Source: Vermamoeba vermiformis | Lineage: Eukaryota | Reading direction: 5' to 3' | Length of the DNA: 64,000 nt | Assembly (NCBI GenBank): GCA_045837725.1 | Contig: JBEWZL010000265.1 | Location: 1-64,000, forward strand | Shown: positions 25,501-38,835 of the stretch, one piece after another | Numbering within the stretch: the first letter of the stretch is position 1 | How the letters are laid out: every line of letters starts with the position of its first letter | The notes under the pieces: model-generated | Databases searched by the model: none | What the model was told of the DNA's origin: nothing | The model's input: only the letters and a program-made list of their open reading frames with translations | Position numbers and translations under genes: made by a program

Positions 25501-27546
25501 TGCAGCTTCCGACCAGTCAGCAACAAGTCTGATTTCAGAGAACGCTCATTGTGCAAAAACCTGGAATTGGCACCTGTAGATATTTATGGAAACTTGAGTG
25601 AGGAGGTGCTTGACAATATTGTTGGTACGAACTGATTGCAAATTTCATTTTCAACCAGATTCGTTAATATTTTGTTTACAGCATTACTGCAGCCAATCTC
25701 TGAATTGAGCTCTGATGCAGTTAAACCAGAAGTGATGTATCAAACAATAGTGCCGAAGAGGGGCTCTTATTTTGTGCACAATTTGAGCATTAAAGCCGAT
25801 TCTGGAAGCGGAACTGTAAGAATAACCTTCAAACAATTTTATTTTACAACATTCTAACCTGACTAAATTTAGGCCGAATATCAAATTCATTTTGAGGCCA
25901 GAACAGCGGCAGGCAAAGTAATTCGCAGCATTTTCCGTCAATTTAAATTTTCAGATGGTAAGAAATATTTTCATTTTTATTCAGCTGCCATTGCTAATCA
26001 ATTAAATTAGATGCTGGCAAAACGAAGAATGAACGAGCATTATCAGAAATTTTGCAAAAAGTGCAGCGTATTTCAAATGAGCGAGCTGAAATTGAACGAC
26101 GCATTAGTGCCAGCCGCGAAGAGTTAACTCTGTTAGAAGGAAGTATTAGTGGCACACTGAATATTTTTGGTGTTTCGTTGAACGAATACACTCCCGATTG
26201 GGTCGATCAAACGCGACAGAGATTGCACCTTGAAAAGTACGTAAATTTTTAATTTCTAATTACAATTATTAATATTAATTTTATTTTATTTCTAGACGAG
26301 ATCTTGCACGCGAATTACGCATTGCAGAGCCATCGTTCCCTTCAAACGAAGATTCTTACGTTAACAAAGTACGAGCCCTCGTCATTGAACATCAGCCTAA
26401 GAACCCACACGAAAAGCCATTAATTTTTGGCCTTGGTTTGGACATTATTTGTTTGCCGAAAGACGAGCGAATTGCACGAGGAGTATTGGCTGCAATCTCG
26501 CCGGGAGATTTGAAGCTGATTATATTGCGATCAAAAGAAGCCGAGCCAATTATTGAAAAGTCGTTCAATTGGTACAGATCCATTACCGTAGATCAAGCGG
26601 AGACTTATCATTATGGCAACCCTAATCCTAATGATAATCGAATTCCTGGTACGTTCTACAACTTTATTAAATTATCCTGGTTATTTCTTAATTTAATTAT
26701 TTCTTAGATAATCAAATCTTGCCGAAGTGCTGCAGAAACGGTACCGTTAATCCAAAGAATTACGGATTTATTGGATTTTTGGTCAATTTAATCGAGGTAA
26801 TTTTTTAATGTAAATTAAAATTAGACGACATTGAAATTAATTTTTACTTTTATTAGCTACGTCCTCAACATATTCATTTGCGAACTTCCGTATTTTGGAG
26901 TGTTTTCAAGACGAAAATGATCTTCGAATCGTACGCTCAAGCGAGAGAATTCCGCTCGCAAGTGTTACAAAACGTATGTAATGCATTATTATTGTTGTAT
27001 ATACTCTGACATTGTTTATAGCGAGACTCGTGCCCGTACATTCAATGCTTGGATGGCATTCATATTGAAGCTTCTGGCGTGAAATCAACGTCGAATCAAA
27101 ATCGTGCTTGGAGACTCGGAGATTTGCCGATTGAATTTAGCAGCCATCCGTTGGCTTTGGCACTGGGACGAAAATTCAAAGGTAATTACGAATTATAATG
27201 GCCTTATTGATCGAAAACTAATTCCAACGGTTTTGTTATTTGTAGCGTTGAAAGAATTGCCAGCTCAAATGGAACGCTTTACGGTTATTAAAGACAATTA
27301 TCACGCGAGTGAAGCTACGCTGCAAGAATTTGATGCCACTAACGGTCCTAAAATCAACGAACTCCAAAAGGTAATAGTACTATTAAAAACGATTTCATTA
27401 ACGGCTCGTCGCTGACTATTTATTTGTAGCAAAAAGAAGAAATTGAGAGTCGTATGAATCAAACCTCGAGAAAAAGAACGCGTGATAGCACCGGAAATAA
27501 CGAACGCGATGATGAACACGATAGACCGCGAAAGAAAGTTCGTTAA
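19566..27546 (+). CDS. SMCHD1/GMI1-like protein: GHKL ATPase, transducer, PHD finger, long beta-rich linker, coiled coil and SMC hinge; start may lie further upstream (~19231)
   Basis: ALAEIIDNS, DNGKGM, SRFGVGSKNAAFFLG, IYHYYVFGPNG, FWNGRLIP; hinge motifs GFIGFLVNLIE, LRTSVFWSVF, CLDG; basic C-terminal NLS-like tail; many short introns. Confidence 0.85.
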
Positions 27547-27712
27547 TCCCGATCCGATTCGCAACAGAGATCAACTACTTTTACCACCCTTGTTTATATG
27601 CGAAATTATTAATAAACTACATATATTTTACGAGAAGTTGGTTTTAAAGGTTCAAAACTAATTTTACCTCCTTTTTACAACTACATTTGTTTTTGTTTTT
27701 GAAATTAACTAT

Positions 27713-30700
27713 TTACAATTCATCGCCTTCGTAATATCCATCAACGATGACCTTCCGCTCAATTTTCTTGCCAGATTTGGGTGTGTTATTACTCGCATTG
27801 CTATTATAAGTAATGTTGCCGTGCGGTGATACCAGCGAGGCTTCTTGAACGGATCCAAAATTCAAATTCAGTGCCGGGACTGTAAAGCTGATGCTGTCGC
27901 TATTTTTAGCTTCATTCGCTGGGCTATGTTGAGCTGAAGATAGCGAGAGATATTTAATCTTGGCCATCAGTTCGTTAACGTCGGTGGATGTGGGCTTCGG
28001 CAGACCAGCGTGCTGATGATACTGCGCTAGTAGCGATGGCACGATTTCATTGACCATATTAGTGTCTTTAAGGCCTTCATTGCCCAGTGCATCGCGGACA
28101 AAGTCTAACACTGGATCTGGTTTCTTGGCTGCGTTGGATGGTGGATGCGCGAATCCGACGTTTGCACTCGATTGCTTCATCTTATTTACAGGGGAATCAG
28201 TTTCGAAACCTTGATACGAATGTTCAGGCATAGTAACACCTAGGCAAAAAATTGTTATTATCAACAAAAAAAAAGAAAAAATGTTCGCCTTGGATCGAAT
28301 CCGTTACAAAAAGAATTTCAGCAACTGATGTAATAGAAATATGCGCTCGTTGTTGGAACTTAAAAAGCAAAAAAAGAAAAGAGCACAACACCTCCGATTC
28401 CCAGGTAGTCTCCTACCCCAGTACTAAGAAGGCCTGAACAAGCTTAACTTCGCTGATCGGACGGGAAGCGGTGCATTCTTGTTAGTGTGGTCGTGCCCGA
28501 GACCAAAAGCAATTTGGTACGCAGGTCACTCCTTACTAAGCCAAGAATAGAAGCCACCAAGATCCCGATCGACCAGTACAAAATAAAATTTTAAATTTGT
28601 GTAAGGCCTTACCTCCAACTCTAGGCGAGTCAAAATTGAGCATAGATGATGCACTTGAGCCTACAGATCTGCGCAGCTCTTGTGCCACTGGCGGACTGTT
28701 GTGGATCTGCCTCGGTGAGGTCATAACAACCGGCAGCCATTGCTTAGTTGTACGAATGGGCTCTTTGAACTCAGAGAACGCTTTGATGCACTCGCTGATC
28801 GTAGAGAATTTTTTGACCTTGGTGTTCTTTTCTTCAGGAATAAAATACAAGTTCGCTGAAGATCGCCAAATCTGACAAAATTATTAGCGACTTAATTTCT
28901 GCTAATATTGTATGACATACCTTAGCATGTTCTAATTGTCCTTGCGATGTATTGAAGCTAGCAGTTAAAATGTTGCCGTCTGAAGTTGGATCGCGCAACA
29001 AATACGAGCCCGGCGGTTTGTTACGCAGAATATTCCAAACTTCTTTTACGCTAATCTTACCGAAGTAAGCGTGACTTACTCCAGTAGTACTATCGAATAG
29101 CGACTCGATCTAAGCATGGAATAATTAAAATCGAAATTTTTCCTTTTATGGAAATCGAACTTTAAGCACTTACCACCGAGAGCAGCATATTCCAAGAACC
29201 AAATTGATTTAAGAACCGTAGAAACTCCGTCAAGGTAAGTTCACCATTGACGGTATAACTCTCTAATATGAGCGAGATGTTGTACCAACACGCCAAAATG
29301 TTAGGGGTCTGCGGCGCTGCTTGTTTTTGGTATTCGATGAAATTCTTCAGTTTAATCTTACGGCCGCTAGTAAATATCTAAAATAATTATATTAGTACGG
29401 CAATCTTGCGAAAATGATCGAAAAAAAACATTGGAGCGGATGTAAGATGCGTACCTTTGCTTCGTCTTGCCTCAATTCATCCGAGCTTAATAACTTCATT
29501 AACATCTCTTTGATTTGTTCCTTGCCATCAACACTCTTCAACACATTGTTCAACCACGCTTCATTAACTTCCTTCAAGGTCATCTTGACGAGCATGGACT
29601 TTGGCAGCACCATCGAACTGTTTCGTCGCACATTCGCAACTTCGTTGACATTGCCGACCTCTAACCAGTATTTTCGCGTACGCTATAATTAGAGAAAGTG
29701 TTAGTCCGTGTAAAGGTTCGAAAGATCTCGGATCGCACGTGCTTACCTTTATCGGATCCACGGTCTCGTTAAAGAATCCATAGCTTTCAAATTCATTATG
29801 AACTTCGCCTTCGCCTTTTCCCCACGATTTTTCGGCTTCGGGAATTGAAACAAGGACTAAAAATAATACAGCACGTCAATAACTCAAATTAATTTCAATT
29901 AATTTCGGCTGACGTCATTATATTCAAATTTTAACTCCGATGCAATATTAAATAATTAGCTAGCTAGCTATAGCTAGAAATTGATATAAAAGTATTCCTA
30001 CAGGATCCGAATAATTTTCAGAGAAAGAATCTTCACTAGAATTCCATTAGGTGATACTTACTAGCATTGACCGTGTTGCCTTGACTATTCTTATGCTCAC
30101 TCCACTTAAATCCGTTGAGCTTCATATCGCCGCTGAACTTCTCCGTGTCGCTGCTGAACTTGTAAACTGCATCCACAAAATGACTGAACTTAATATGCCC
30201 GCTGCTGCTCATAGGTGGTGGTACGGCATTGCTATATCCGCTAGTGTTGCTATATCCTGAGCTTCTTAAGCTGTCTGATGTCATCGTAAGCGATACTGTA
30301 CTAACGTTAATTGGATTTGCAAAGGAATCAGGAGGACTATTACGACTATTATGGTATCCGCTTGCAGCTGGAGCTGTATTAATGTTCGATGTGCGCTTAG
30401 GATCGGTTATATATCGCGTAGGGCTCGCTGGATAATCTTGCGGCTCTTCCGCATCCGAGTTGTACATGTAACTCGCTGAATCTCCTTCAGAAGCTAGACT
30501 TGAGACCGATGCATTGAGCGGCTGTTGCGCTGAATCGTTGGCATATTTCATTGTATTGATTGGAGGCGAGCTCTGCATATTATTTGAATTTTCATTGTTG
30601 TTGACAGGGACAAAAGTGGATTCGGCAAAATAAGCTGGTCTAACATTAGTGTTGAGCGGAAATAATTGCGGGAGTGGCCCGGTACTTGGTTGAATAACTG

Positions 30701-31160
30701 GGGTCGTTGGTCGAAGCGATGCAAATGGTGGATGCGCTGGTTGAACTGTTGGACTAAGTTGGCTGGATGTGGTTTGGTAAGTGACTATTGGTGAAGAACT
30801 TCTTAGACTCGCTGCTCGTGATTTTAAATCGGTGATATATTGTTGGAATAATGACACTGGCGTGATCTTCAACCGTGATTCTATTAAATCTAAGTGATTC
30901 AGATTCAGAGACTTGATCGAGTCCTTAATTTGAGTATAATTCGTTTTGTCGCTTTGATAATCGATTAACTGTTGCAATATAGACATTTGCAAGGGTAATT
31001 TGTCATCAGGAATGAAGAAGATCCAGGAAAATATTTCTCGGATTTGCTTCGGCATTGCTGATAATTCTGCGGTGAATTGATCCCTTGTTAACTTTTGTAA
31101 TATTATCAATATGCTATTGACTTCTTTTAATTGCTCTTCGCCTTCTTCTGTCGGCTGCAT
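27713..31160 (-). CDS. EF-hand-linker + SH2 domain protein with low-complexity regions
   Basis: LTLTEFLRFLNQFGSW followed by AYFGKISVKEVWNILRNKPPGSYLLRDPTS (SH2 FLVRES-equivalent); multi-exon. Confidence 0.75.
28367..28380 (-). terminator. Pol III oligo-T terminator of the 5S gene
   Basis: T4-C-T-run immediately 3' of the 5S sequence on the minus strand. Confidence 0.75.
28381..28498 (-). rRNA. 5S rRNA: 5S rRNA gene (intronic, single copy here)
   Basis: GGGCACGACCAC...CCCGTCCGATCAGCGAAGTTAAGC...TTAGTACTGGGGTAGGAGACTACCTGGGAATC...GTTGTGCTC; 118 nt, paired ends, followed by oligo-T. Confidence 0.96.
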
Positions 31161-31851
31161 CTTCAGTCTGATCTTCCACGCTTAATAAGTTATTAAGTTT
31201 CAGCAACGTATGCTAGCGACAGACCATATGCTAAAATAAATTTAATTAAATATTTGATTAATATTTGATTTTAACCGCCGAACGCCACTTTGAACTCAGA
31301 TTTCTACCAGAATCAAAATCGACTTACTTTGAGTACTATTTAACGAACCAATATATACAAGCAATAGCGACTTGTGGTCCTCGTAAAATTAAGGGCTGAC
31401 AAAAAAGGCTGGAAAAGTTGGCTTCCGTTTTGCAAGACAGCGAAATTCCCTCCTGATCTTTGTTTTTGTTTTCAACGCTTGCCAACCACTGCCGATAACA
31501 CAAAAGGTAAAGTTGTAATACACAGACATTTTTTTTGTGCCTACTTGCGGAATTTATAACTTGTCTTTACTTCGTAACGGATTTTGGCGGTAGAGTTGGA
31601 TGCAGTGACAGTTGTACCTTTAAATGCTTTATCTATTTTTTTTTAGTATTATATGACTCTTATTTATAATAATTGTTAATCGGGATTGTCCCCCGCAAAT
31701 TAAAAAATTTGGTTAAAATTCTAAAACCTGTCGTGCTCTACATACGACAACAACAAGCTTGTCAATACTTTATCTATATATTGTATATTAATTTTTCTCT
31801 TGAACGAACAAACGCCAAGTATCAAACAGCTTACCAAATCTCTTTTCGAAA

Positions 31852-34134
31852 ATGCTCGGTAGTTTGATTTTAATAGCAATCGTGTTATATATCGCCCGAT
31901 GGATTCAATTATCGAGGCATATTCCGACCGTGCCTGGCGAATTGAACCCACCATTCATCGGCATGTTTAGATCTTTCAGTTTCTTAACAAATCCGCCCAA
32001 ATTTACAGCAGAACAAATTCAAAAGTATGGAAGAATATTCAAGATTAATAGCATCATCAATTTCATGGTCATGGCGACCGAACCAAATGCCATCTCTCAA
32101 ATATTTAAGGTAAGTCGAAAATTCATCAATAATATTCGTCTATATTATTTTCATATACGACTCGTTAATATTATTTTCGTAGAATCAATTTTAATTCCTA
32201 TTTTTCAGATTGATAACAAGTCAGTCGTTATCGCGTGGCCTGACAACATTACCACTTTGCTTGGACCGAAGAGCATAGGCGTATTATCGAAAGATATTCA
32301 TGCTCGTAAGAGAAAGCTGCTTAGTCAAGCCTTCACACCGAGGTAAGACGCAAGATCCCGCATCTTGTAAATTTCCTTTTTTAGTTAAATTTTTGTTGTA
32401 TTTCATTGCTGAGCCATATTTGCTCGTGATAATAATATTCAATTCTCTAATATTACTAAAATATTTTAATATAGCGCTATGGAATCTTATTGCCCTAGAG
32501 TTTTTTCAATCATGAATTCATTTATCGACAACTGGATTCGACAAGGAGAAGTCCCGAATATGTTCGAACAAGTCAAGCTATTGACATTCGATATGGCCAT
32601 TCAATTACTACTCGGAGTTAATGTATCAGACGACACTAAACAAAAGATCTGCAACGGTAAGAAATACGCAGCAGGATCCACCTTAATTCTCGAGCATTAT
32701 TCCACTTAGACTAATGCAGCAATTAATATTAACCTTTGTTTTTATTTAATCGCAATATTAACCTCCTACTTACTCTATAGAATTTATCGAATGGCTGAAA
32801 GGTTTTCGCGTAATCATTATGAAGCCTTATCCAGGCACTCAAATGGCCAAATCAATGAAAGCCAGAGAACGAATTCAAGAGGTACGTTAATATATACTTA
32901 TTATTCTATACATATATTATTTGTACGAACAAGTTCGAACCAAAAACAAAAAAAAAAATTCGGATCTTTTAAGTAGCGGTCAAATTTTCAGACTTACTAT
33001 AATTATGGTTATAAATATGTATATATGCCGTGGTTCTATGAACTGATGGACCGTTGTATTTATTAGGAAGCAGAGAAGATTATTCTCAAGTATCAGAAAG
33101 AACAACCAGAAATTAAATCTACTCTCGGCATATTAATGGACTCGACTGACGATGAGGGCAATAAATTGACGATGGATGAATTGAAAGATCAAATACTCAT
33201 CATTTTATTTGCTGGTACGTCAGATCCAAAAAAATCAAATTTTTTATCTTACATTCTCTCGAATATTTGATCGCAATCGAATTATATACGAACATAATTA
33301 TAATATATTATTATTATTATATGAATTTAAATATCTAAATAAGGCTTTGAAGTACTAATTTGAGTTATTTGTTTGTCAGGCCACGATACGACTAGCGCAT
33401 CCATTGGTTGGATCATGTTAACGTTGCATGAATTCCCAGAAATTAGAAAGAAATTAGAAGACGAGCTAGAAGCGACATTGAAGCAAAAATCTATCGAACA
33501 GATAACTGCTGCGGATCTAAAGTCGCTGAACTATCTCAATGCGTTCTTCAAAGAGATTATGCGCCGTTATTCGCCGATATCATTTGGATTTAGAAAGGCC
33601 GTAGAACCAGTGCAATTAAACGTAAGAAATAGCTCTTTTTCTAGAAATATATCGAATACTGAGTACTTATTCCTTTTTAGGAAACAATGGAGATTCCAGT
33701 CGGAGCAGGATTAACGTACAATATTCTCGGAGTGCATAGAGACGATAAGATCTATCCTGATGCGATGAAGTTTTCGCCAGAACGATTTTTAGATCCGAAC
33801 AACAGTCCTTCTGCCAGCGAGTGGATCCCGTTTGGCGGTGGTCCTCATATCTGCTTAGGTGCGAAAATAACATTATTATACTTTAATTTAACATATAATT
33901 ACCTGTTGTTGCTTCTTAACTCTATCGCCTAAATTTTTCAGTGCTACATCCGCTGAGTATTTCGATTTTAATTAATTAATTTTAATAGGCATGGAGCTCG
34001 CCAAGCTCGAGTTAAAAGCATTTACTACGGCTATGCTGAAGAGACGAGTCTATATTGAGCCAGGTCAAGTCGATATTTCGCTTTCACCTATTTACCGACC
34101 TCAAGCTTTCACTGCTAAAGTCTCTGTTAAATAA
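31852..34134 (+). CDS. Cytochrome P450
   Basis: N-terminal TM, I-helix FAGHDTT, KEIMR (ExxR), FSPERF, PFGGGPHICLG heme-binding motif. Confidence 0.95.
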
Positions 34135-34323
34135 TTCATTAAAATTAATTAATTCGCTCTTGATTGGCTGCAATCTACCTTTATAGGAATCTTAAACTCA
34201 ATGCGAGTTCAAAATTGGATCCGGTACGTTACAAAAACATTTTTAAAACGATAGTTGTTAATCTAATTTATTATTATTCGCCAGAAATATTATTTAGCTA
34301 TATACATCAACGATAAGCATGGC

Positions 34324-35439
34324 TTAACAGAACAATGATTCATCACGCGTTAATTTACAGAGTTCCAATGACGAGATCCACAAGTCACGTGCTTTGTCCT
34401 CATCGTAAGACTCGTCGGATGATTTGATTTGTTTCTGACCTTCAAAATATTTGCCAGTCATGCCGTCGTATTTATCAGCAATCGCGATTGAGCCCAAATT
34501 TTCTCCGGATGTGCTCGTTGAGTTGGTGTTGGGAATCAAGTACCGCAGGACAGGGAACAGTGCGGATCCAAGATATTTCCATATTTGGCGAAAAATGAAG
34601 TTATGGTCACGTGCCAAGCCTGTGCCAGGCATGAGACCTGGATCAAAAGCATTGACAGCCACGTGACTGATTCCTAATAAGGCAAGTTGTCTATTCATCT
34701 CATAGGCGCACAAAACATTGCAAAGCTTGGAAGTGGTGTACCTAACACGACCGTCATACGGCTCTACACTCGCTGGCTCTGGAAACCAAACGGATCAGGA
34801 ACTGAACTTTTTTTATATTAATAATTAGTGGCTTACTTGGATAAGCAAAGTCTTTGGCAGAAGTATATTTAGGATAAGGCATGCCGGTCTTTTGTTTCGA
34901 ATCGTGCGTGCCACTCGCGACGAAAACTACGCGCAATGGAGTTTTATCCAGCACTCGTTTCTGAAAGTTTTGGTAAGTAATGATATTGCAATGCTAATTA
35001 TAGACTATTATAGTACCTTTAGTAATAGATTGGTCAATAGGAAGTGTCCCAAGTGATTGACGCCGAATGTTGTTTCAAATCCATCTTCCGTCGAAGTCGG
35101 GTTGATAACTTGAAGACCTGCATTGCATATGAGTGCCTTCAATACTGGCAAACTCTTGTCGTTGTTGAATTCTTCGCTGAATTGACGAATAGACTTCATT
35201 GAACCAAGATCCAGCAATCGAACAAAGATCTGTTTCATGACGTCAGAAATTTAGCCAAGTAATTATTAATATTCTACCTTATTGTTTCTTGTTTCCGATT
35301 TAATCCTTTGCGCAGCCTCTTCACCTCGTTCGAGACTTCTACAAGCAAGAACGACAGTCCAGTCTAAATTCTTCGCGATCCACTTCGCTGTTTCAAAACC
35401 GAGACCCAAGTTTCCACCTGTGATAATAGCAGTCGACAT
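34324..35439 (-). CDS. Short-chain dehydrogenase/reductase (retinol-DH/protochlorophyllide-reductase-like)
   Basis: ITGGNLGLG, LICNAG, FGVNHLGHFLL, YTTSK catalytic motif, FDPGLMPGTGLAR. Confidence 0.92.
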
Positions 35440-35851
35440 TGGTATGTATCTTTCGTTTGTGTTGATCGAATGAAATGCTTAACATAGAAAATATCCTTAA
35501 ATATTACCTCTTCTCGGCCAAAAGGAGACGGAGAAACGGATAATAACGGAGTGGCAATTTGACCGAAGTCCGGCCAAAATTGCAACCTGTTCGATCTAAC
35601 AGAATAGCCTTATTAGGCAAATAGAATCTTTTCAAGAATAGTCTGTTTACTGGATGAATGAGAACAATCCGAATCAATGACGTGCCATCAGCAAGTACGT
35701 AATAAGCTTTATTATGATTACATATCCCAACGAAGTATACAATAGGTCAATTTAAGAGTTACCCAATGCCACCAATCATACAATCGTCGACCTGCTTGAT
35801 CTTCATTTTTGGCAATTCAATTATGTTATCCTTGCCAATACTGAATCAACA

Positions 35852-36690
35852 ATGCGCGCGATTGTCTCGTTAATATTTTTCTTACTTTTCCTGACAACCG
35901 CTCAATGCGGCGTCAACTTTATTCGAACAACGTTCGCGGATGCTCAGTGCACCGAGCCGATCGGTTATGTTTACACCTATAACGTAAGTAGATAGTTTGA
36001 ATATTATTCAAAGTAATATTTATTAGAGCCCATCTTGCGTCGAAGTAACTTGCACTCAATGGGGAAGCACATCTCAATACTGGACCATAAAATGCGACTT
36101 GCCGCTTCCAGTCAATGAAACATGGAATACCGCCGTTATTACTTCAACGCAGGATTGCAATTCTCCTTCAACAGTTTATTCGGGTAAGAAGATACCGAGC
36201 AGATTCGTTAAACTGAAACAAAATCTTCTTAAATTTTAAATATTAATGGAAATCGTCGATAGGCCCACCTGGAACCTGCTTCATATATCAAGATGCATCA
36301 TCTCTTAGTGCGCTGATCCTCAGTGAATGCAGTGGTGGTCAAATGTCAGTTGATTATTACACTTATTCCGACGGATGTGGCGTTTCTTCCGGCTCAACTA
36401 ACTTGACTACAATATGCTCTAATCTAAACTTGATATATGGTCAAGCTATATGCGCTGGCGCCTATCCTGCTCCTCCCTCTGCTACTCCAATCGCGACTCC
36501 CGTTGCCGAAACTCCAGTTGAACCCGTTAGCAATACACCCGTTAGCACTCCAGTTAGTAATGCTCCTGTCAGCGCTCCCGTAAGCAATACTCCTCCTGTA
36601 TCCTCGCCAGTAGCAAAGAAAAGTGATGCCAGAAATAACTGCGTTGGATTTGCTATTATGACTGGGTTTGTTTCCATTGCGTGGTTTTAA
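35852..36690 (+). CDS. Secreted, probably GPI-anchored Cys-rich surface protein with Pro/Ser/Thr stalk
   Basis: Signal peptide MRAIVSLIFFLLFL, Cys-rich domain, PVSNTPVS repeats, hydrophobic C-terminus after KKSDA. Confidence 0.75.
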
Positions 36691-36925
36691 CAATCATGTC
36701 TAGCGCTATTGTCCTATTATCATTACATAAAGCGTTCGATCAATGCTACTATTTTTACGCAAATCTTGCTATTTTTAGCTTTGATTCTACGGCATCGGAA
36801 TCTGTTCCGAATGTTCTGCGCGCACCGAAAAAAACAGTAAAGACTGCAAAGAATGTTTTTCTCTGTGTATCCAAACCGCCTGGCAATTACGTTCACTGAA
36901 AAAGCGAAATTTGGCAATTTTATTT

Positions 36926-38711
36926 TTAACCACTAATAGGCGGGAAAGTGTTCTTCAAACTGACGACTAAATAGCTGTGTGCATGTGCGAGGTAGCCCTT
37001 GATCATGCCCTGGTAGATCAGATTCGCTGTGATGCACTCCAACTCGTCCACATCCATTTCAACACCGAGGTTATTCAGCATTGTCGTAGTCATCTTCAGC
37101 GAGATTTTATCGGCTTTGCCTTGCAACAAAAATCTGAAAGACAAGTATTGTTAATATTAAATAGCCTAATTAGGAATAAATGACTTGCATTCTCTTGAAT
37201 AAATTACGATAGGCGATCAATCGCAGTTTTTCAACGACTAAAAACACGCCCTTTGTGCGCAAGAAATCGGCTTGTTCTTCAATGGCCTCTTCGAACAATT
37301 TGATATTGCCTAATATGGAAAGTGTTAGTACCAGCGTTTGGTTTCACAATTCCATCATTCTTACCGTAGCGAACAGCCTCGATAATTTTAGCGAATTCCA
37401 GCAACTTGTATTTCTTGAGCAATGACATTTTAGGCACTCGGCCCATGTGTAATCGAACGGGAATAAGATAGATCAAGATCAATCTGTTAATTAAAATCGT
37501 TAGATTATTGGTGATAATTGGATGAATAATTAATTTTCTTGCCGTTTGTTTTTGAGGCTCGTTCTATTGCACCGACGGAAGGCTAATGACAAGCACTCGG
37601 CTGCCTAAACAAAAATTAATATGTTTATTCATAAATGAGAGCCTCAGTACCTTCTTATAGGATCCGTTGAACACATCCAACTTTCCAACGTAAAATTTGT
37701 ACGTGACCAACTGTGAGACAGGAAACTCGGTCAGAGCGGGAAAACCAGGACTCTCGACGGAGCGAATCAAATTCTTGCAAAGATTGACCGTGTTCAACTA
37801 AGCCATCCGCGTTAGTACCGTTGAATAGATCTCGCTTGATGGTACGTACCTGGAAGTAAATTTTGAAAATATTGTTGACTACATATAGAGTACCCCACTG
37901 CTTAGAAGTATTGTCGGATGAGCGGTCGCTGTGCGTAATTCTGAAAATATTCAACATGATGCGAGTGGCCTCTTCGAGCTTGCCTCCTTCTTTGCCTTTT
38001 TGTTTCAACTCGTACTCAGCCTGCAATATAATACGTAAGTATCGGGCATGATAGTAAAATTACATAATTATGATACATCGAATCAATGGTAGTGTTAGGG
38101 AACTTACGAGATTGGCTAGTACTCGCAGATCCAAAACAATGGCATTAAGTGCGGGTAGTGCCCAGTTAGTATCATTTTGAAATGCTGATTGGAAGAAATT
38201 CGCTGCTGTCATTTGATATTTGAATGCTTCTTCGTATTGTTTGTCTTTGAAGTTTGAGTAGGCGATCAGATGCATGGGAACGACGTCTCGATATTCTGAA
38301 TCAATCTTTCCATTGCAATAATTGCTAATATCGTTTATCTGATTGCATGATTCGAAAGCGGTAATTAGTCGACGAGAAATAACAAAAAAAAATATTTAAA
38401 TAATTAAAATATTTCTTCAGCGATTGCAAAAAATCGGTACTCGTTGAATCTATACCACAATATGAATATATGGTCGAATATACATATTGGCAATTTTTTA
38501 CTAATTATTAGACCAAATTAAATCGAACATGAAAATTTTAGCGCCTAATCTGTGGCTACAAGAAATTATCGCGACTTACCCTTTTAATATCATTTTGTAC
38601 TTTATCTGTTAATGTATTTTTGCCAGTTACTCTTATTAATTTGCCCAGACTATCGCCATCCTGACTCGCAATAGCTTGATTAACTTGTTTTAAATACTGA
38701 AGCAGCGCCAT
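36926..38711 (-). CDS. PCID2: PCI domain protein PCID2/Thp1/Csn12
   Basis: SKQWG...FKIYF, VTYKFYVG, NKRLILIYLIPV, DELECITANLIYQGMIKGYLAH. Confidence 0.9.
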
Positions 38712-38835
38712 TACGTAGCGACTCGTGGATAACAATAATATTAGCTAATAATTTTGTTCGGTGTTGAACAAACAAGAATTTTCATGACACGGAGTAAGTA
38801 ATTTTGTTTATAAACAATAAAATGATTATAGTAAA

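Noticed and set aside
28252-28437. 61-aa plus-strand ORF
   Set aside because: Antisense to the 5S gene and intron.
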